A stretch of DNA of 64,000 bases, from NCBI GenBank assembly GCA_964106915.2, contig OZ066921.1; one strand, 5' to 3'. A program made the position numbers and the translations under genes. Positions 1 through 10,680 of this stretch are shown here, in pieces (within the stretch, counting starts at the first letter, position 1; each line of letters starts with the position of its first letter). This DNA comes from Podarcis gaigeae. Lineage: Eukaryota. The notes below the pieces were generated by a model. The model ran no database searches and was not told where the DNA came from. It saw nothing but the letters and a program-made list of their open reading frames with translations.

Positions 1-573
1 GGTGGAATTGGCAGGGATGTGGCAGTGGCTGCTCTCCAGTGAGATTCATGGCCAACTGGGCTCCATCAAACAGCGGCACTGCGGGCTTTCTAATGAGATC
101 TTAAAACTTCATTATTCTTTCAGGATCTTTCTTGAAGGAAGGCTAAGTGGAGAGGACTTTTCAACTGTTGAGCTTGGCTGTGTTTTAGTGGACGTGGGAT
201 AGCAGCATGTTTTATTAATGGTTGTCTCCATGAGCTTTACCTATTGTACTGATTTTCTGTCTTTTGCTGGAACGTTCTATATGTTGTTATATGTTTAACT
301 TGTATCTCATGATCAATTTTCTCAAAGAAGGATATAAATCTATTTTTAACATGAGCACATGGCGTGTGCTGCCAGCCTCCCCTAAAGCAGAAGGACCACC
401 TCTTTTGCCCAGGAAGTTGCCAGGCCATGAGCTAGCATGAGAAGCTTTCATCTTTGGGCTCAGTGGTAGGGTATCTGCTTTGCATACAAAAGATCCTGAG
501 TTGCATCTCCAAGGAGAGTAGGAAAGATTCCCTGCCTGAATGCGTAAGAACTGCTTAAAGTTAGTGTAGAGTC

Positions 574-918
574 CATTGTTAGAGACTCAGATATATAATC
601 TAAGTGCCAAGTGGCACCTGAAACCTAGGTTGCAGTCACCACAATGGAATGACTAGGGGCTTTTTTGCAGTGAGGTATTATTATTATTAATTTCATTTCT
701 ATACTGCTTTATACTTTAAAGAAAAAAATCTCAGAGTAGTTTACATCACATTAAAACATCAAATAAAATCAATTCAAGCTTCAAGGAAAATATTTCAGTT
801 CCTCCTCCTCTGGCATTTTTGCATTCCTCGGTCGCCAACCTGGCATCTAGAGATCTCCATGTGGTTGCAATTGGAGCCATGCCAGTTGCAAAATGTGGCT
901 GGCTAATTTCTAACACTG
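574..918. mobile_element. Degenerate hAT-type non-autonomous element
   Basis: Imperfect TIRs CATTGTTAGAGA (574-585) and TTTCTAACACTG (907-918), 10/12 match. Contains an AT-rich, LINE-tail-like stretch at about 676-790. Confidence 0.45.
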
Positions 919-925
919 GGTAGAC

Positions 926-1075
926 CAGTGGTTCCCAATTGGTGGTCTTTGGACTTCAGGGGGTCCATTCACATAACAAAAACTTCTATACAGATATCAA
1001 CATTTTCAAAAGTAGGGGGTTCATAGCTTGGCTTCTGAAAAACAGAGGGTCTGCAGTACTTAACTGGAACCACTG
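926..1075. mobile_element. hAT (Charlie-like) MITE
   Basis: Perfect 10-bp TIRs CAGTGGTTCC and GGAACCACTG; degraded GTGTAGAC-like target copies on both sides. Confidence 0.7.
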
Positions 1076-1975
1076 GTGTGTACAATACTGAGACAGATGG
1101 ACCCCCAATGGTCTGCTTCAGGATCAGACAGCTTCTTGCAGTCACCATTTAAAAACTGCTGTAAGATCCATTCCTCCATAGGCTATAGGAGGCAAGAGAG
1201 AAATTAATCCCTGATGGGGATCCTGGCTACTGAGAGGTTCCCACTTCGGAATTAGAAGATGTCTAGTGGAGAATTTGGGATTCTACTCATCGCAGGAGGA
1301 GGAGAAGACCAGAAGTAAAAAGTTCCTAGCTCTCGTATTTGTCCAGCAACGTAGCCATCATCTGAGAAAGGATCACAAGCGGGACCTGTCCAGGCTGTCA
1401 GAGCTTCCAGAACTCATAACATCTCTTCTCATGGCTACTGTCCCCCAAAACCGAGCCTCACATCAGAGAAGTCAGTCTAGATGCCCACCTTTCTTATCCC
1501 ATTCCTTCCCCCTGCACCTTCCACTCTGCACCATGTGACCAGATTGTTTAGGCTCAAATTCTGCAGAAACGAAGGAGACAAATGTACCAGGACCACACTA
1601 TTTACTTTGCACTCGTGCCCGAAAGAGAACAGCCCCTGATGATTAATGAGGGGTGTCACAAGCAGAGCCAACCTTTCATGCCAACAGTGCTCAGAAAACA
1701 AGGAACATAATGACGAACAGGCACCCACGACTGCTCTGGCAGGCAAGCTGATCAACTCTCCCTTTGGCCTGGAAACTGAGGCTAAGCCCTGCTTCTCATC
1801 AAAACACAGGACTCTGTCACTGTGTGCTGAAGCTTGCTCTCTCCGTTTTCCGAAAGGGTCAGCCTGCACTTCTTTTTGAAGTGTGGCAGCCGTGGGCCTC
1901 ACCCAAGCCTTGAAAGTCAGAGGCTGTGGTTAGGAGGGGATGCTCAGCAACAAGCACTAGTCACAGAGCCTAGTC

Positions 1976-2118
1976 ATAGAATCATAAGTTGGAAGGGACC
2001 CTAAGGGTCATCTAGTCCAACCCAGGGTCATCTAGTCCAACCCAGGAATCTCAACTAAAGCATCAATGACAGATGGGCATCCAACCTCTGCTTTAAAAGC
2101 TTCAGTGAAGGAGAGTCT
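1976..2118 (-). mobile_element. CR1 LINE 3' end with an internal 20-bp tandem duplication
   Basis: atagaatcataagttggaagggacc...catctagtccaaccc is the reverse CR1 terminus; agggtcatctagtccaaccc occurs twice. Confidence 0.75.
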
Positions 2119-5100
2119 AGTGTAGTACTGCTCAGAAGTGCCACTTGCTCAGCTCTAGAACTCCTCCAGTTTTTCTGCTCCTGCAAGACATATGGATTTC
2201 TCCCTTGGCTGCTCTGCTTTCCAGCCCCTCAGAGTTCTGAGCCTCACCTGGGATATGCAAGACAGGCAGGAGATCAAGGCTATTGTCAACATGGCAACTT
2301 TCAGAATCTTCCAAAATAGAGTTCCTGGGGGTGGGGTGAATTTATCTGCTCAAGTTTGCTGACGTAGCACAAATCTTATAGCAGCCTCCCACAAGCTGGT
2401 GCCCACCTATAACTCCCATCAGCCCCAAACATCTGGAGATCAAGAGGTTGGGGAAGGTTGGCTCATCATTACCTGTGGCAGGCAATGGTAGTGGGGGAGA
2501 ACTGAAAGCAAGATGGCCAAAAAACAAGCCCTCTTGTCAAAAGCAGTACACAAAGTTGGGAGTCAGGAATAGCCCTCCCAAGACAGAGGACAAGAAGTTC
2601 TTGATGGCCCTGAGTATACTTGGGAGAACGTTTATTTTTAATATTCCCAGATGAAATAGCTGAAACAAACTCCAGAGGAAAATCTGACTGTCACTGGACT
2701 AATTTTGGACACAGAAGCTGGTCTTTGCTGTGCATGATTATCCCATCTGCTCAGCATACAGGAGAGAAGTTTCCAGCAACACCATTGCTTTTCTGCTACT
2801 AAAACCAGCACTCAGTCCACCCTCAAGGGGCAGCACCTTTGCTGCTTCATCAGGAATGCCCTCAAAATGAGGCCCCTTTACATCAGCCCAACATCTCCAA
2901 TAAGACTACGCCCCTACTAGGGCACACGTGACAGGCTCTGCAAATGCTTTTAGGATTAAATGTGGACAGACAAGACTCATTCCAGGAGTCAGAGTGTGGG
3001 TCATCTTCAGAAAGCATGTTTTGTACTCCAAAGGTCAGTCTGGAACAAGAGTTTCAGGAACTGATTTCCCTTGTAAGAACTAAACAAAAAAGTGAATTAT
3101 GTGAGGATATGACTAACGCTACTCACTAGTTAAAGTGATTTTCACACTCTAAAAGTAGGTGGGGGGTGGAGAGCAACCTCTTAGCCTGAGACTGGTACCT
3201 TTAATTCAGGCATGTTCCACCAGGTCTTTCAATGAGCTCTTGCACTTCCCACTACTCACCCATCTACCATGAAGCAAACTGATCTTTTGAGACATACCCA
3301 GCATCCTTTTCAGTCTCTCAGCCCACACCTCTCATGTCTACCCAACACTCTGCAGCCCACACCAATCACCTTTGTCACTACCTTTCTCAAGGAAACAGAG
3401 GGAGGATTTCTGTAAAGTTGGAAAGAAGAAAACAAGATGGCTCAGCTACAGAGTGAATACAGGGAACAGAGAGGGCATTCAAACCAAGGCCTGCAAGCCT
3501 GTTCAACAGTGTACATGGGGGGGGGGGGAGATTAACCAAGCTTTCCAGGCCCCCATTCGCAAACCACAGACTCTGCCATTGGCACCAAGCACACACTGCC
3601 CACCTGTTCCATTGCCTACAATAGGAAGCTTCCTTCCAAGCCCAATTTCAGCAGGGAGAGCACCAGAGACTCTGCAGGCACATGTATTGCCTGATACATG
3701 GTAACATCATCAACAAATACAGTAAGAAAAGGAGAGCTAAAGAGGAAATATGAAAAGTTCAGTCTGGGAGGCAGTGGCGCTTGAGACAACGAAGGATCTG
3801 AACAGAAATATCAGCTGGGTGATGCAGAAATGGGAGTAAAAGGGAGAGAGAAAGCTAAGCTTCAGCCTCTCTGTACAGGTGGCCCTGAAAGCCATGGGAA
3901 AGTGGTCATTCAGTGTGTGGAGAAAAGAGCAGAAAACAACAAGAGATCCCCAGGCAGGCCCCTCAACAAAGAGAGAGAAAACAAAGGAAGATACTCCACC
4001 TAGGTAAATACTGAAAGAACACTTAGACAGGCAAAAAACCAGATGAAAACAGAATCAAAGACTGACTGACAGGCATAAAGTAGGGTGTGTTTGTGACCTG
4101 TGGCCCTCCAGATGCTGCTGTTGTACTTCAACTTCCAGCAGGCAATGATCAGGGATGATGGGAGCTGTGACACTCCATTCGCATAAAGGGAGTCAAGCAG
4201 GAGAGAGTGACCCCCCTGTAGCAAAGGCACCAAACAAGGACCAAATAGTGACTTTTGTAGTGAGAGATCAACAGATTTTTGCAAGAGCAGTTCCAGTTTT
4301 CGAAGCCAGAGGAGGAAGGCAAGAGCTGAATTGGAAGATGGATAGCAGGAGTAAGGAGAACACTTCATAAGTTTGTAGGTGAAGAGTGGAAGGGGAAATA
4401 AGGCACTCCTGAGAAAACCTCTTCTGAAGCAAGTATTTTGCATTGGGAGGAAATCCTCCATTTGCATCAACATCATCTTCACAGTAGGTATTTCCCCCAA
4501 AACTATAGCAGGAGAGAAAGGGGTTACATTCCTCCATCAAGGCCGTAGCAGCAATCCCAATTGATGAATCCCCAGTTGATGCTCTTTGCCTTCTTTAGGG
4601 CGGTGGCAGCGGCAGAGGGGTGGGGAGTCTGTGTTAAATGCAAAGAGGCACTGAGGGTTAAGTCTCACTTAGCCCTCAATTCCTGCAATATCTGCAATAA
4701 CTAGACTATAATAAGAGCTGTTGTTTGTGCACACAGCCTGGCTCTAGAGCACATGTTTAAAACCCAAGCACACTTAGTTGGAACGGCTTTGCCTGTTTGT
4801 TCCCAACCCCCTTTAGTCGCCAACAAAAAAATACCCCATGACTATTGACATGAGATATTCAGCTGCTTCATGCCAAAAATAAAGCAGCAAATGAAACAAC
4901 AAATCAAGACCAACATCTAATTGTAGGGAGTTCAGCTTATTTAGAGGCCAGAAGATGAAACGCAACCCAAACACACATCCTCCACCTCTGCTGGCCCAGG
5001 CTACAAGACACAACACAGGGACTATACCACTGAGGCAGCCAATAGCTGTTGCTAGGATACCTCTGCAAGGCTGACCAAACAGCATGACTGAACACCAATC

Positions 5101-5984
5101 TATGGTGATCAAAATATCTGCTCTGGCCTAAATATATGGTTTGAGTCATACTGGCACAGCAAACGCTACAGGTCCATCAATATCTTGTCAGTGCATACAT
5201 TCTCAGCTATGATGTCAAGATATAAACTGGACAATATTCATTTATTGTGTTTTGAGCGCTTATCTATTTCATGCCTGTGGCTGCCAAAAATTTATATATC
5301 ATTTTAACTCTGTCACTGCTTTTTGTCTCTTGTTATCTCTGGACTGCAGAAAAATGTCATGTTAGACTGAGAATTGCGCAATGCAGGTAAAACGTACCTG
5401 GACTGCATTCTAATACACCACAAGACCATCTCAAGTTAGGCAAGCGGACCTTCTATAGCCATAATTTTGCACACAAAAATTCTAAGCTGGGAACCACCCA
5501 ACTTTTTAGAAGAAATTTATCCATGTTGTATTGCCAGGCAAAGCAGATGGGGACTCTGTCCAGAAATGCATCATCACTGATTTGTATGCTGCCTTCTTAT
5601 AGTAAGACCATGTGCAAGGCTGGCGGTTTTAAAAGGAATAAGAAATTTACAGAGCAGAAACCAAAAACCTAAAGGCAAGAGAGGAAGGCAGAAGAAGGCA
5701 AACCCACCCCCCATAAGTGAATGCTGAGGTTTGGGCACCCTAACCTTACTGTGGGGGGCTCCCCTTGGGAAGCTGTGCCAGCCCAATCCCCCTTGAGCAT
5801 GCCAAGAGTGCAAAAAAGGAGAAAAAGCAAGGCCTCCCTTGGTGGCTCTTCTCTCCTCCAGGGAGATACCTTCAGATGCTACTTCCCAGACGCTGGATCA
5901 CCCCTCTCTCCTACCCCCACCCCAGCATCCTGCCCTGATAGGAACCAAGCACATGACCATCGTGGGGCTCCAGGAAGCGGCAAC

Positions 5985-7120
5985 CTCCCCAGCTGCGGAC
6001 AGCGCTGTCCTCCCCCCGCACCAACAGCCGCCGGGACTAGTAGCCACGGGCGGCGGCGCCACCCAGCCCCATCCAGGGAGCAGCTGGCCCCGTGAACTTC
6101 TGAGGGGAGCACAGCCAGAGGCTTCTACCGCCTCCTGCCCCGTTGCACCTTACAAAGGCGACGGCTGCGGTTTCGCCTTCCGGCGCTCTGCACGCGCTCA
6201 GAGGCCGCGCACATATCTCTCTCTCTCTCACCGGGAGCGGGGCGTCGAGAAGGCGGTGGAAAGCGGGCAGCTGGGCGGCGAGCGGCAGCGCCTCGGCGAC
6301 GGGCTGGGCGGGCGGGCGGCGCGGCTCCGGGAAGGCGGCGCACGAGAAGGGGTCCCCGTCCTCCAGGTACTGCAGCCGGCACAGCACCGAGCCCGGAGGC
6401 GGCGAAGAGGAAGGAGCGGGAGGCTCGCCCATGGCCGCAGCACCCAGGCTAGCCTCGCCTCAGTCCCGGCGAGAGAGTCTGAGGCGAATTGCGGGAGGGG
6501 AGAGGGGCGGAGTCGAGACACAGCAGAGGGAGGAGCTACTAGCCCCGCCCACCAGCCGCTGCCGGCCTCTACTGGCCACACACAATACACCAACACACAC
6601 CGGGAGAGGCCTCTGCAGGCCACTCCTGCTGACCACTGAGAGCCGGAAGTCTATCTGCGCCCACAGAGCCCCAAGCTCTTTGGGCCTAAGGAGGGGGGCG
6701 TGACGATGCCTGATTGGTCGCCTCTGGCCTGGTGGGCGGAGCCATTCGGTGCCTGCTCCACGTGCGCGCGCTCCAGCCAGAAGGGGCAGCCCCGGCGACG
6801 CCAGCAGCGAAGTTTCCGCAGCGGAAGGGAACGAACGACGGACCGACCTCCGATCGGTCCCTCGGTCCGCGTGGGCTGGGGCTTTTTGGTGAGGCACCCT
6901 TTCGATTTGCCTCTGCCTCGCAGGGGTAGCTTCCTCGCACCGGACGCCCTTTCAACCCAGCCTGGTTTTGCATGCCCGGGGCAGAACGTTTTTTGACCCT
7001 CACTCCCGCCGTGGCCATCTCCTCACCTCCTTCCTTGGGGAGGGTGGGTGTCTCGCCCCCGACCGCCTTCTCCGCACCCCCGGGCCCAGGCGCTGCCACC
7101 AGGAGGCAGAGCGCCCTTAG
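5985..7120. promoter_or_regulatory. CpG island / FHOD1 promoter, possibly bidirectional
   Basis: Dense CpG and high GC against CpG-poor flanks. GC boxes (6504-6510, 6543-6550, 6734-6739), ETS site CCGGAAGT 6643-6650, TGACG 6701-6705, CCAAT box on the minus strand (ATTGG 6713-6717), E-box CACGTG 6759-6764. Confidence 0.85.
6232..6432 (-). CDS. FHOD1: FHOD1 coding exon 1 (start of the N-terminal GTPase-binding domain); the rest of the gene lies left of the window
   Basis: Translation MGEPPAPSSSPPPGSVLCRLQYLEDGDPFSCAAFPEPRRPPAQPVAEALPLAAQLPAFHRLLDAPLP matches the FHOD1 N-terminus as I recall it ([23 protein letters not shown]...LPLGAQIPAVHRLLGAPL) better than FHOD3. Kozak context GCCATGG; 201 nt followed by the donor GTGAGA; lies in a CpG island; neighbours PLEKHG4 as in human 16q22. 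Confidence 0.93.
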
Positions 7121-8434
7121 CTAAGACAGACCAGCCTTCATTTTAGGCAGATTTTATAGGAATGAAGAGGAACTTTTCTTTCAGAATAGATTTTTTTAGC
7201 TCAGAACTTTACATTTTTACTTTCAACATGCTTTCTATCTGCTTTAAGACCCAAGAGTAATTTCCTTTTTCAGTTTGTAAGTGAAGATAAGAGCTGGCCT
7301 GCGGATCTTTTGGGTTGGCCCCCTGCTTGCTTTTTATTGAAATATGATTAAACGGGTATATATTTATATTGTGTAAGCGCAGTTGAATTCAGTACGTTTC
7401 TTTCTGAATAGACATGATTAGGCTTGTATTGTCAGACATCGTGTTTCTCAAGTCGCCCTGTTTCCCCTGAGGTACACCATGACCCCCTTTCCCAGCAGCA
7501 GTGCACAAACACCTAGCTCAGGGGCTTACAAACCTGTCAGTCAACTCACAAAGGAGGTAAAATTTGAAGAGAAATGGCAACAACACTCATTTTTGCACAG
7601 GATATATCTTTGGTAACACTGGCAGAAACAATTGGGTTATTTCTTTTCAGCAGATTGATGCTTACGGGCAATAATTGCTAGGATTGCGTTTTTCTGCAGC
7701 AACTCTTCTTTCCAGAGATGGAACAAAATCCGTCAGATACCACAAGTAGGCTGATGAGCAGCCTCCTTTGCCATAGCCAGAAACTGCTTTTGGTTTCTAT
7801 GAATCATTCCTGGAGTTGTCAGAGTTGAGTAAGCAGTCCATGGCAGCAGCATCCCAGAGGGATCAAATCACTAGCCTAGATTTGGGTTTATGTGACGAGG
7901 AATTTCCATGGTCTCTGGGGGAGCCATAATGAACCACAATTATCCTGCCTCTTACCATGATTTCCAGTCTGTTGTGGAGATCTCTAGAATCCTTTCTGAA
8001 AGTAGGGAAGGGGGAGGTGTAGAAGAAAATAGTGGTTGCTGTGGCCAGAGGCTCTTGCCAGATACCAACAAGCCCTTGCAGTGATGCTCTACCATTTTGG
8101 GGAACTTTTTCCTAGCTGGGGCTGTACATTTACTTGGATTAAGGACAACTCTCATCCCCCAAACAGCAAGAGTCCACACATTCATTTAGGGAGGGGAGTC
8201 ATTTTGAATATTGCGTTGAGACTGATGCCTGTTACACTTCCAGTTGTATGCAGTGGCCGGGGGGTGGGTGGGCATGGATGCCCAGTCTGAGAGAGCAACA
8301 AAACCCCTCTTCTACATGATTCGAGCTTGCCTGCAATTCTGGGAAAGGTGCCCTCTTGAAGCTTCTGCAACCCCCCGCCCTACAGAGGCACAGAGAATTG
8401 ACAGCAGGGAAACATCCCTTTGAATGGTCGAGAA

Positions 8435-8534
8435 CAGCCTTCCCCAACCTGATGTTTTGGAATACATTACTGCATTGGCTGGAGCTGGTGGGAGTTGTAA
8501 AAACATCTGGAGGGCACCAGCTTGATGAAGGCTG
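8435..8534. mobile_element. Short hAT-derived MITE of an abundant family (related copies at about 2380-2460, 4080-4170, 16430-16498, 24350-24465, 27880-28025, 57270-57350, 59570-59690)
   Basis: TIRs CAGCCTTCCCCAACCTG and CAGCTTGATGAAGGCTG; the core gggagttgta...aaacatctggagggcacc recurs through the window. Confidence 0.7.
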
Positions 8535-8582
8535 GAGTCATGCAAAAACACAACTTTATTATTAGCACTTTAGGAAAAAGAA

Positions 8583-8722
8583 CACAGGGAATGCGCTTAT
8601 GCTGAGTTCATTGGATCATACTGTCTACTACTACACTGTCTGGGAGTAAAGGCTCTCCAGGGTTCCAGGGAAGTCCGACTCCAGCCCTAACTGGAGAGAT
8701 TATTGGGGACCAAACCTGGGTC
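8583..8722 (-). mobile_element. Degenerate tRNA-derived SINE, same family as 40122-40316
   Basis: Shares cttatgctgagt...ctacactg...ggctctccagggtt...ctggagaga with the other copies. Confidence 0.55.
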
Positions 8723-10178
8723 TGATTCAACTACTGATTCAGTTTTGCAAATTGGCCTGCATTGATTCTAGTTGGTTTGTCTGTGTGAAAGATCAGCTCC
8801 TACTCCCACAAAGCCACAAATGATTTATGCTGGTTGTCTATACATGCTTTGGACCTAGCGCAGAGCTGCATAGTCCATAAGACTGAAAGAAATGGCCTAT
8901 TTTTCAGAGCTATTTTTCAACAATATACTTCCATTGAAAGTGGAGGAACCCCCCCCCCCCCAATTTTCAGAAGCACCTTGATCTAAAGAACAGTGACTTA
9001 CTGCCTAAAAGGAGACCTCTCTGCTTGGTAGGGAGGGAGGGAGGGGAGTTATGAGGTCCATATGCCAGCTTTCTCAGACCTCCAAGAGGTTTGGCGCACA
9101 TGACAACTGTCCCTTTTGCCCAGAGGTAGAGCCAGCTCTGAGTGTGGTTGATGGATTGCATTGCAGGATATGTGTCTGTTACAACAATAGGGGTAATGAG
9201 GGAGTTGCAAGGGCCAAACTGGAGGAGGACTGCCTTGGGCTGTGAGCATCAACCTTTTCCCACCTCACCCCACTCACTTATTCATGGCAGAGGGTGACCT
9301 GAATTCTTATTTTCCACCCTTCTGGTAGGGGGAGATCTTGGTTTCTCTGGAGAGTGGCTACACAATCCTAACTTAGAGGTTTTAGAAACTCATCCCCTTT
9401 TTGGTGGTGGGGCACATGCACTTAGAAGCCCGCTTGGTTTTGGCAGTGCCTGCCCTCAACTCCATGCCAGACCTCTGATGGCCTTCCGCAGCCCATCGCC
9501 TCAGCAAGCTGTCTCTGAGGCAGGAGCTGGAGCTGTTGGGTCTGACCACAAGTGGGGGAAAATCTTCCTCAGCACTCAGAGGGCTAGTCAGCTGCTGGCG
9601 GCAGCCCTGCAGCCAGTCCAGACTTTTGGGGGCATCAAATTGCATATTTTATTCTGTTTTTCTCTAGTGTTTGGATATGTTTTATGTTTCCCAGTGGTGG
9701 CCAGGAGACTAGCAGGGTCTCTCTTTTGCAAGACATCAAGTGAGGAGCAGAGAGCTGTGGAGAGACAGACAAAGGTGACCAGCAGAAGTGACAGCCGTGC
9801 CTTCCCGGGCATGCAGCCCCACCGACTGGCAGCCTGACATCCCTCTCCCTGGACTTTCTGCACTTAAGAAGGCAGCAACCTCCCTTTGGAGCCTTTCAGG
9901 GAGGAAGAACAACAGAACATCACCTGGCCAATGAGTTTGAGAAGCTGCCCTGATTTCTGGACCCTGACCTTGCCATGTTGGTGGTTGCAGCCGTAGGAGG
10001 AAAACCAAACCTGTTTCTTGCCACATGCTGCACTTGAAGAACCAGAGAGGCAGAGGGGAACTCCTGGGTTCCATGATGGGATCACTCACCCCAGCTGCTA
10101 GATCACTTTGACAGGTGAGGAGAGTCCACTGTAAAAGGGATGGATTGAAACCCATTGATTCATTTTCATAGCTTTATT

Positions 10179-10311
10179 GAATCATAGAGTTGGAAGGGAC
10201 CACAAGGGTCATCACGTCCAAACTCCTACAATGCAGGAATCATTTTGCCGAATGTGAGCTTGAACCCACAGCCCTGAGATTAAGTATCTCATGTTGTTAC
10301 CGACTGAGCTG
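10179..10311 (-). mobile_element. SINE with a tRNA-Lys(CTT) head and a CR1 3' tail
   Basis: Reverse complement agctcagtcggtaacaacatgagataCTTaatctcagggctgtgggttcaagctcacatt aligns to tRNA-Lys-CTT and is followed by gattcctgcattg...gtcccttccaactctatgattc (CR1 terminus). Confidence 0.8.
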
Positions 10312-10680
10312 TATGTGGGGCTACCTTTGAAGCTGGTCCAGAGGCTTCAGCTGGTGCAGAACTTAGTGGCCCAGTTGCTTGGGGGGGGGGGGACTACTGC
10401 CAGCACATAACGCCTTGCTTGCAGGATTTGCAGTGGCTGCCAAGCTGCTACCCAAATTCAAGGTGTTGGTACTAACATAAAAGGATCAGGGCCAGGTTAC
10501 TTGAGAGATTTCCTTATCTTGTACATGTCCTTTATGCCCTGCATTCTGCAGGAGCATCTCTCCTCAAAGTGCCAGAAATACCAGAAACCTTCTCCAGAGT
10601 CCCTGCTTTGTGGAACAGCATCCCTGTTGAGATAAGACAGGCATCCACCCTCTGGACTTTCAGGAAACAGATTTTGCCAG
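10312..10680 (+). mobile_element. Old L2-clade LINE ORF2 fragment
   Basis: Degenerate LPLKLVQRLQLVQN...HITPCLQDLQWLP...KFKVLVLT...GPGYLRD motifs. Confidence 0.7.

Larger units (their letters stand above)
456..1137 (+). mobile_element. tRNA-Ala-like-headed SINE split by nested insertions (head 456-570, tail 1076-1137)
   Basis: Head gctcagtggtagggtatctgctttgcatac resembles tRNA-Ala(TGC). Tail acaatactgagacagatggac...cagcttct matches the copies at 21790-21890 and, inverted, 40122-40316. Confidence 0.6.

Noticed and set aside
1-6231. Further FHOD1 exons or a nested gene in intron 1
   Set aside because: No LEDCALQ-like exon 2 or other recognisable coding sequence seen; the short ORFs show no homology I can recognise.
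5721-7099. Multiple long ORFs on both strands in the first CpG island
   Set aside because: GC-content artefacts; only 6432-6232 on the minus strand matches a known protein.
8072-8110. ALAVMLYHFGELF resembling the NHE motif VVLYHLFEEF
   Set aside because: Wrong splice phase, out of order relative to the other candidate remnants, and too short to exceed chance.
10250-10311. Functional tRNA-Lys gene
   Set aside because: Acceptor stem incomplete, D and T arms mutated, fused to a CR1 tail; it is a SINE head.
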